Below are positions 1-6,067 of a stretch of DNA of 25,627 nt, one piece after another. A model generated the notes under the pieces. That model saw only the letters and a program-made list of their open reading frames with translations. It was not told the DNA's origin and did not search any database. The position numbers and the translations under genes were made by a program. The number at the start of each line of letters is the position of its first letter. Within the stretch, counting starts at the first letter, position 1. Origin of the DNA: Candidatus Omnitrophota bacterium (GTDB taxonomy: Bacteria; Omnitrophota; Gorgyraeia; Pluralincolimonadales; Pluralincolimonadaceae); contig JAQTVK010000001.1 in NCBI GenBank assembly GCA_028706795.1, positions 1-25,627 of the forward strand. Direction: 5' to 3'.

Positions 1-1
1 T

Positions 2-457
2 GAGGCCCACCTCATGGTGGAAGAGCCGGGCAAATACCTCGAACCTTTCAAAAGGGCCGGCGCAAAAAGGATAATCTTCCACTATGAATCCAAAGAGGAC
101 CCTTCCGCGGTCATACAGAAGATCCGCGCACTGGGACTGGAAGCGGGTATCGCGATAAACCCGGAGACGCCGGTGTCCAAGGTCGAGGGATATTTCAAAG
201 ATATCGACGTCCTGCTTTTTCTTTCCGTAAATCCGGGTTTCTACGGCAGCAAATTCATCCCGGAAGTATGCGATAAGGCGCGCGCGTTAAAGGGGCACAA
301 CGGCAGGCCGGTCATCGCGATGGACGGGGGATTGAAAATGGAAAACATCCTGATGATAAAGGAGGCCGGTGTCGATCTCGCCTGTGTCGGCAGCGGGATA
401 TTCGGCACAGGAGATCCGAAGGAGAACTACAAAAATCTCGCCGGTATGGTAAGGTAA
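2..457 (+). CDS. rpe: Ribulose-phosphate 3-epimerase, 5'-truncated by the window edge
   Basis: The frame is open from base 2 (EAHLMVEEP), so the ATG at 14 is internal. Rpe motifs xHLMV, IFHYE, SVNPGF and MDGG are present, plus C-terminal VGSGIF. Confidence 0.93.
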   Translation, partial: EAHLMVEEPGKYLEPFKRAGAKRIIFHYESKEDPSAVIQKIRALGLEAGIAINPETPVSKVEGYFKDIDVLLFLSVNPGFYGSKFIPEVCDKARALKGHNGRPVIAMDGGLKMENILMIKEAGVDLACVGSGIFGTGDPKENYKNLAGMVR

Positions 458-463
458 ACCATA

Positions 464-491
464 TGGACATTTTTATATTTTGTGATATACT
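464..491 (+). promoter_or_regulatory. Putative sigma70 promoter (extended -10) for the 515..874 gene
   Basis: TGGACA (464-469), 16-nt spacer, TGa-TATACT (-10 at 486-491). SD AAGGAGG lies upstream of the ATG at 515. Confidence 0.6.
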
Positions 492-514
492 TTAACCAAT
501 AAGGAGGGTAAAAG

Positions 515-874
515 ATGCGTATAGCAGTTACATTTATAATGGTGATCGCCCTTATGTTCTCAGCCTCAGCTCCGGTATTCTCCGCTGATGCCAGCGGACT
601 GCTTAAGTCCGGCCTGGTCGGCGCCGCGACAGGTGCCGTAGCTTCAGGCGCTTCCGGCGGCAAGGCCGGGCAAGGCGCGCTCATAGGCGCCGGCACCGGC
701 ATAGCGGCGGGTGTCATCGCGGACGTTTTGATGCCCGATGAAAAGTCGGCTCCTGCGCAGGCGGCAGCGCCGGCTCCGTCATCGGACTCGAGCGGCTTCG
801 AGAGAGGATACACCAAAGGCTACGAGGCGGGATATCAGGCCGGTTATCAGGCCGGGACGAGCGCGCGTAAGTAG
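515..874 (+). CDS. Secreted glycine-zipper protein (119 aa)
   Basis: Strong SD; N-terminal signal peptide (MRIAVTFIMVIALMFSASAPVFS/A); Gly-zipper GLVGAATGAVA...GALIGAGTGIAAG; Pro/Ala linker; C-terminal GYxxGYxxGYxxGYxxG repeat. Confidence 0.8.
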   Translation: MRIAVTFIMVIALMFSASAPVFSADASGLLKSGLVGAATGAVASGASGGKAGQGALIGAGTGIAAGVIADVLMPDEKSAPAQAAAPAPSSDSSGFERGYTKGYEAGYQAGYQAGTSARK

Positions 875-902
875 CACGGCGGCGCTAAAGGATATTTGAC
901 CG

Positions 903-942
903 AAAAGCCCTTTGACGATTGAATCAGGGGGCTTTTTGTTTT
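903..942 (+). terminator. Intrinsic terminator downstream of the glycine-zipper gene
   Basis: The inverted repeat AAAAGCCCTTTGA...TCAGGGGGCTTTT pairs with G-U allowed and runs into TTTTTGTTTT. Confidence 0.7.
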
Positions 943-947
943 ACAAT
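919..947 (+). promoter_or_regulatory. Putative sigma70 promoter for the mgtE-led gene run
   Basis: TTGAAT (919-924), 17-nt spacer, TACAAT (942-947). AGGA (961-964) lies before the ATG at 971. Confidence 0.6.
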
Positions 948-970
948 ATTACTTAAAACCAGGACGGCAC

Positions 971-1954
971 ATGACTACCAGAAGGGCAAAAGGCGAGACC
1001 GTAGGCTCCATAATGAAGAACGAATTCCTGGCGGTCTCCGACGAATTCACAATAGAGGATACCATAAAGCATTTCCGCACGGCCTCGCTCGAAAAAGTAT
1101 CGAAACCTTCCTATATATATGTGGTCGACTCCCGCGGGCTTCTTGTAGGTGTAGTCAAGATGCGCGACCTTTTGAGCCATGCGCCGAACGTCCACATAAG
1201 GGACATAATGCTCAAGAGCGTGGTAAAGGTGCATGCCGAAATGGACCAGGAGGAGGTGGTAAGATATTTCATAAAGCACAGGTTCCTCGCGCTGCCTGTA
1301 GTTAACAACGAACAGAAACTGGTCGGGATAGTGACGGCCGATGAGATGGTCGATATAGCCGAACTCGAGGCGGAAGACGATATCGCCAAGATAATCGGTA
1401 CCGGCGTGGACGAGATAACGAGCCGGTCTATACCGCGCATAGTGCGCTTAAGGCTGCCGTGGCTCGCGATAAGCATAGTGAGCGGACTCGCGTGCGCGTT
1501 CATCCTCGGATGGTTCGAGCATGACATAAAGTCGGTTGTAGCGCTGGCGCTTTTTATTCCCATAGTGCTCGGTCTTTCGGAGAGCACCGGGATGCAGTCA
1601 GCTACGATAGTGGTAAGGAATATGGCCCTGGGCCGTGCGTCTCTTAAAGATGTCAGGTGGCTGCTCCAGAAGGAGATGTTCGTCGGGATCATCGTTGGGC
1701 TTGCATGCGGCATGCTTGTGGGCGGGGCCGCCACACTGTGGCAGGCCAATGCGAATCTGGGCGCGGCGCTGGCGATCTCAATGTCGATGTCGATAATCCT
1801 TTCAGGCGTCATAGGTTCCTGCCTGCCGTTCTTGTTCAAGCTGTTCAAAATAGACCCGGCGTTATCCTCCGGGCCGATCGTCCTTGCCACTTGCGACATA
1901 ATGACCCTTCTTATATACTTCAGGGTTTCCGGGTTTTTCCTGGCAGGCCAATAA
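971..1954 (+). CDS. mgtE: MgtE-family magnesium transporter, short form (CBS pair + membrane domain, no MgtE N-domain)
   Basis: CBS pair (YIYVVDSRGLLVGVV; LALPVVNNEQKLVGIVTADE), RLPWL helix, five hydrophobic segments, and C-terminal DPALSSGPIVLATCD matching P(D/A)x4Px6D. Confidence 0.92.
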   Translation: MTTRRAKGETVGSIMKNEFLAVSDEFTIEDTIKHFRTASLEKVSKPSYIYVVDSRGLLVGVVKMRDLLSHAPNVHIRDIMLKSVVKVHAEMDQEEVVRYFIKHRFLALPVVNNEQKLVGIVTADEMVDIAELEAEDDIAKIIGTGVDEITSRSIPRIVRLRLPWLAISIVSGLACAFILGWFEHDIKSVVALALFIPIVLGLSESTGMQSATIVVRNMALGRASLKDVRWLLQKEMFVGIIVGLACGMLVGGAATLWQANANLGAALAISMSMSIILSGVIGSCLPFLFKLFKIDPALSSGPIVLATCDIMTLLIYFRVSGFFLAGQ

Positions 1955-1974
1955 ATCTTATACGGAGAATATGA

Positions 1975-2361
1975 ATGAAAAAAACATACACTGCCGAACA
2001 CGCCAAAAAGGGCGTAAAAGATATATTGCCGGATATCGAAGCCTTTCCGAACTTTCACAAGGGTTATGAGATAAAGATAGAGATACCCGAATTCACTTCA
2101 GTCTGCCCGAAGACCGGGCTTCCGGATTTCGGGACCATAACTATAAGGTATATGCCCGGCAGATCATGTATCGAACTGAAGTCGCTGAAATACTACATCA
2201 TCGGGTTCAGGAATATGGGCATATTCTACGAGAACGCGGTGAACAGGATACTCAAGGACGTCGTCTCCTCGTGCAGGCCGAAATGGTGCATAGTGACCGG
2301 CGAGTTCAATGTCCGCGGAGGGATGAAGACGACCGTGACCGCGAGATACAGGATAAAATAA
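1975..2361 (+). CDS. queF: NADPH-dependent 7-cyano-7-deazaguanine reductase (preQ1 synthase), unimodular type
   Basis: EFTSVCPKTGLPDFG with catalytic Cys/Asp, ELKSLKYY, FYE, and GEFNVRGG; 128 aa. Confidence 0.93.
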   Translation: MKKTYTAEHAKKGVKDILPDIEAFPNFHKGYEIKIEIPEFTSVCPKTGLPDFGTITIRYMPGRSCIELKSLKYYIIGFRNMGIFYENAVNRILKDVVSSCRPKWCIVTGEFNVRGGMKTTVTARYRIK

Positions 2362-2885
2362 TGCGCATCACCACAAGACAAGGCGACGGAGGCAGGACGC
2401 GCCTATGCGGCGGCAGGGCCGTCTCCAAATGCGACCCGAGCATAAAAGCGCAGGGCGCGATAGACGAACTCATATCCTTCCTAGGCCTCGCGAAAGTGAA
2501 GATAAAAGACCGGTCCGCAAAAAAGAAGATCGGGCTGATACAGAGGGACCTCTTCAGTATAATCGGGTGTATCTCGTCCGGCGGCAGGAAGGGCGCGGCC
2601 CCCGCGGTAAAAGATTGCGACGTAAGGATGCTCGAAGAGTTCGGTGACCTGATGGAGGGCCGCGGCCTTATGCCTTCGGGATTTGTCATCCCGGGAGTCA
2701 ACGAGGGTTCTGCGGTCTTGCATGTTGCGAGGACGGTGGCACGCAGGGCCGAATGCTGCGTCGTCGAGCTGGGCAGGAAGTCTAAAATAGATCCATGCAT
2801 TTTGGCTTACCTTAACAGGCTTTCAGACCTTTTATTTGTCCTGGCCGTCCGCGAGGAAGGGAGACCTGACCTGCTTAAAAGATGA
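2361..2885 (+). CDS. PduO-type ATP:cob(I)alamin adenosyltransferase family protein (174 aa)
   Basis: The real start is the ATG at 2361 overlapping the queF stop (TAATG), not 2166. Motifs TRQGDGGRT, GAIDELISFLG, ARTVARRAE and YLNRLSDLLF. Confidence 0.88.
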   Translation: MRITTRQGDGGRTRLCGGRAVSKCDPSIKAQGAIDELISFLGLAKVKIKDRSAKKKIGLIQRDLFSIIGCISSGGRKGAAPAVKDCDVRMLEEFGDLMEGRGLMPSGFVIPGVNEGSAVLHVARTVARRAECCVVELGRKSKIDPCILAYLNRLSDLLFVLAVREEGRPDLLKR

Positions 2886-3793
2886 ACAGGATACTCCTTT
2901 GGATAATAGCGGTCAGGCCCCAATTCTTCACGGCGACTATAATCCCCATCGCGCTGGGATCGGCCGTAGCCCGTTACGACACCGGGTTTTTTGACTGGGG
3001 GCTCTTCTGGCTCACCCTCATCGGCGGGATCTTTATACACGGCGGGCTTAACTTCACCAACGCTTATTACGATTTCAAGACGGGGAACGACGTCATCAAC
3101 AAGTCACCCACGCCTTTTAGCGGCGGTGTCAGGTTCTTACGCGAAGGAACGCTCAAATCCCGGCAGGTGCAAATGGCGGGATTTATCTGTTTCGCGGCGG
3201 GAAGCGCCGTCGGGCTTTATCTCAATTATATCTGCGGAGGATATACCATCCTCCTGATCGGGATCCTGGGCGTATTCATCGCATATTTTTATAACGCCGA
3301 TCCCCTGAAGATAGGATATACGCGCTTGTCGGAGGTAACGACGGGTTTCGGGTTCGGGACGCTTATGGTGCTCGGCGCCTATTATGTCCAGGCGAAGAAA
3401 CTTTCGTGGGAGGCGTTTTTCGCCTCTATTCCCATCGCGATACTCATCGCACTCGTACAATTCATAAACCAATTCCCCGATTACGAAGCGGATAAGGCGG
3501 CGCGCAAGAACAACACCGTTGTCATGGCCGGGAAGGCGAAGGCGGCCGGATATTACCGGTTCTTTCTGATGTCGGTATATCTTGTAGTCCTGGCCGGCAT
3601 AGCCTTCAGGGTATTTCCGTTTACCGCTGTAATAACGTTCGTGACGCTGCCTGCGGCCGTAAAAGCAATAAGAGTTTCCGGCGCGCATTTCGATAAGATC
3701 AAGGAGTTGCTGCCGGCGAACGCGCTTACGATAGCGGTGCACCTCTCTTTCGGGATACTTTTTACTTTCGCGTATTTGTGGGGGACAAAATAG
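2882..3793 (+). CDS. menA: UbiA-superfamily prenyltransferase, MenA-like (1,4-dihydroxy-2-naphthoate polyprenyltransferase)
   Basis: ATGA overlap with the upstream gene. N-terminal AVRPQFF, first motif NFTNAYYDFKTGND, PFSGG, second motif NQFPDYEAD, and about 8-9 TM segments. Confidence 0.82.
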   Translation: MNRILLWIIAVRPQFFTATIIPIALGSAVARYDTGFFDWGLFWLTLIGGIFIHGGLNFTNAYYDFKTGNDVINKSPTPFSGGVRFLREGTLKSRQVQMAGFICFAAGSAVGLYLNYICGGYTILLIGILGVFIAYFYNADPLKIGYTRLSEVTTGFGFGTLMVLGAYYVQAKKLSWEAFFASIPIAILIALVQFINQFPDYEADKAARKNNTVVMAGKAKAAGYYRFFLMSVYLVVLAGIAFRVFPFTAVITFVTLPAAVKAIRVSGAHFDKIKELLPANALTIAVHLSFGILFTFAYLWGTK

Positions 3794-3802
3794 GAGGCAA
3801 CA

Positions 3803-6067
3803 ATGAGGACGGCGATGAAGGTATTGGCATGGACAGCAGCGTTGGTTTTTTCCTTTGCCGGGACCGCCTGCGCGCAGGAGAACTCGAGCGGGAACCTTCT
3901 TGCTTCCGGGGCTATGCAGGGGGCATGGGAGAACGGGGGGACGGCGAAACACTCCTATTCCTCACAGGGTGCCCGCACCGAAGGTGTGCAGGTATGTCAG
4001 CTAAGATATAACGTAAGCGGGCAGAAACAGGAAGCGGGTTTTTGGTTCGGGCTGGTGGGAAGGGACCTGAGCAAATACGGCGCCGTGACTTTCTGGGTGA
4101 AGGGCGGGAAGGGCGGAGAAATATTTAAAGTAGGGATGAAAGACGGCTCGTCGTTTGAGGAGAAGCTGGATATAAAGACGTACCTTCCGGCAGGCGTGAC
4201 TACGGAATGGCAGAAAGTCACGATCCCCCTGGCGGATTTTACATCGATATACGACTGGTATAACATGGATAATTTTTCGATCACTTTCCATAACGATTAC
4301 GGACAGCCGTTCACCGGGATGATCTACCTGGACGGGCTTACCTTGGAAGGCGAGAGGACCGGTGTCGTCAGGCCGCAGGCGAAAAGATGGGAAGCGCCTG
4401 AGCCTGCGACGATGACCGACGACCAATTCCTCGACCTCATCGAACACTCTGCATGCATGTTCTTCTGGGAGGAGGCGAATCCCGAGAACGGGCTGATCAA
4501 AGATACATGCAATACCCTCCTTAAGGACAATTCGCCGATGGCCAGCATCGCGTCGGTCGGGTTCGGCCTGCCTGCGCTGTGCGTGGCAGTGGAACGCGGC
4601 TGGCTCCCCGAAGATAAGGTCAAGGAGAGGATAATCACGACCCTTAAGTTTTTCAGGGACAGGGCAGAATGCGTCCATGGTTTTTATTATCATTTTCTGG
4701 ACATGAAGACAGGGCTGCGCTGGGGCGATTGCGAGCTCTCCTCGATAGATACGACACTTCTTTTAGCCGGAGTCGTCTTCGTGGGCGAATATTACAAAGG
4801 CACCGAAATAGAGAGATTGGCGAAGGAGATCTACGACAGGGTCGATTGGGCGTGGATGATGGACAACGGCACCACGCCGAGCATGGGCTGGTTCCCGAAC
4901 AAGGGGTTCCTCCCTTACAGGTGGTCGGGTTATACCTCCGAGCACCTGGTGTTGTATTTCATGGGCATAGGTTCGGATACACATCCGATGTCCCCTGATT
5001 CCTGGAGCGCCTACAGCAGGGGATTCACGACATATAAAGGTTTCAGGTTCACGGGCCCGCCGGCGTTATTTACCCACCAGTATTCGCATTGCTTCGTCGA
5101 TTTCAAGGGCAAAGAGGACAATTTCATGGATTATTTCCAGAACTCGGTCCAGGCGACGCTGGCTAACAGGCAATGGTGCATCGATAACATGAGTCGCGGC
5201 AAAACCTACGGCCCGGACTGCTGGGGCCTGACTGCCTGCGACGGCCCGGACGGCTACAAGGCGTACGGGGCCCCTAACGGGGAGAACGACGGGACGGTAT
5301 CGCCGACAGCGGCGATATCCTCGATCATCTTTACCCCGGACCTCTCGATAAAGGCGGCCAGGTATATGTACGCCAATCACAGGGATAAGATATGGGGCAA
5401 ATACGGTTTCGTCGACGCTTTCAACTGGGACAGGAACTGGGTTTCGTCCAAATATATCGGCATCGACCAAGGCCCGATAGTCCTCATGATAGAGAACTAC
5501 AGGACCGGGATGGTCTGGAAATATTTCATGCAGAACAAGAACGTCAAGAAAGCGATGAAACTTTGTAACTTTACCAAGCCGAAAAAGGTCCTCGATACGC
5601 TGGACCTCTCGGGCAAGTGGTATCTCAGGACCGGCGATAATATCAAGTGGGCTAAGCTGGCCTTCCCGGGCAAGGAATGGAAAGAGGTAAAGGTGCCGGC
5701 GGAATGGGAGACGCAGGGATTTGCCAACTACGACGGATACGCGTGGTATTGGTACAGCTTCAAGCTATCCAATGAGAAGAGGAACATCTGGAAGGAGAAA
5801 GGCGCCAAGATAATACTCCAGTTCGGGGGGATCGATGATGTCGATATGACCTTCTTCAACAATAACCTCGTGGGCCAGAGCGGAATGTTCCCGCCGCATG
5901 TCCAGTCCGTATGGGAGAAGGAAAGGAATTACGGGATCCCCGCAGGCATTGTGAACGCCAATTCGCAGAATGTGATAGCGGTGAAGGTATACGACTCCGA
6001 AAGGAAGGGCGGCATCTATAAAGGGCCGGTGCAGATAAAGGTAATAAAGGAAGAAGACCTGGAATAG
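3803..6067 (+). CDS. Secreted modular glycoside hydrolase: CBM11/CIA30-like domain + GH144 (glucoamylase-like, endo-beta-1,2-glucanase family) catalytic domain + C-terminal GH2_N-like galactose-binding jelly-roll domain
   Basis: Signal peptide; DLSKYGAVTFWVKG...WQKVTIPLADF...IYLDGL (CBM11-like); SIASVGFGL, ELSSIDT, LFTHQYSH, WGLTAC, GKYGFVDAFN, GIDQGPIVLMIENYRTG (GH144-like); from aa ~600 LDLSGKW...VPAEWETQGFANYDGYAWY...GIDDVD...NVIAVKVYD. Confidence 0.85.
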   Translation: MRTAMKVLAWTAALVFSFAGTACAQENSSGNLLASGAMQGAWENGGTAKHSYSSQGARTEGVQVCQLRYNVSGQKQEAGFWFGLVGRDLSKYGAVTFWVKGGKGGEIFKVGMKDGSSFEEKLDIKTYLPAGVTTEWQKVTIPLADFTSIYDWYNMDNFSITFHNDYGQPFTGMIYLDGLTLEGERTGVVRPQAKRWEAPEPATMTDDQFLDLIEHSACMFFWEEANPENGLIKDTCNTLLKDNSPMASIASVGFGLPALCVAVERGWLPEDKVKERIITTLKFFRDRAECVHGFYYHFLDMKTGLRWGDCELSSIDTTLLLAGVVFVGEYYKGTEIERLAKEIYDRVDWAWMMDNGTTPSMGWFPNKGFLPYRWSGYTSEHLVLYFMGIGSDTHPMSPDSWSAYSRGFTTYKGFRFTGPPALFTHQYSHCFVDFKGKEDNFMDYFQNSVQATLANRQWCIDNMSRGKTYGPDCWGLTACDGPDGYKAYGAPNGENDGTVSPTAAISSIIFTPDLSIKAARYMYANHRDKIWGKYGFVDAFNWDRNWVSSKYIGIDQGPIVLMIENYRTGMVWKYFMQNKNVKKAMKLCNFTKPKKVLDTLDLSGKWYLRTGDNIKWAKLAFPGKEWKEVKVPAEWETQGFANYDGYAWYWYSFKLSNEKRNIWKEKGAKIILQFGGIDDVDMTFFNNNLVGQSGMFPPHVQSVWEKERNYGIPAGIVNANSQNVIAVKVYDSERKGGIYKGPVQIKVIKEEDLE

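Noticed and set aside
1955-1974. Possible preQ1 riboswitch ahead of queF
   Set aside because: The gap is only 20 nt, with no preQ1 stem-loop or A-rich tail.
1111-2058. 315-aa minus-strand ORF, and similar long antisense ORFs (427-816, 3137-3952, 22030-22836, 23552-24205, 24205-24732)
   Set aside because: They lie opposite well-supported genes and show no recognisable motifs; antisense shadows are expected at this GC content.
2166-2360. N-terminal extension of the PduO ORF in the track
   Set aside because: It overlaps queF out of frame. Homology starts at the ATG at 2361, which is coupled to the queF stop.
3059-3073. MenA first motif NAYYD read as an inactivating Asp-to-Ala change
   Set aside because: The key NxxxDxxxxxD residues remain, and active UBIAD1 also has a non-Asp residue at this position.
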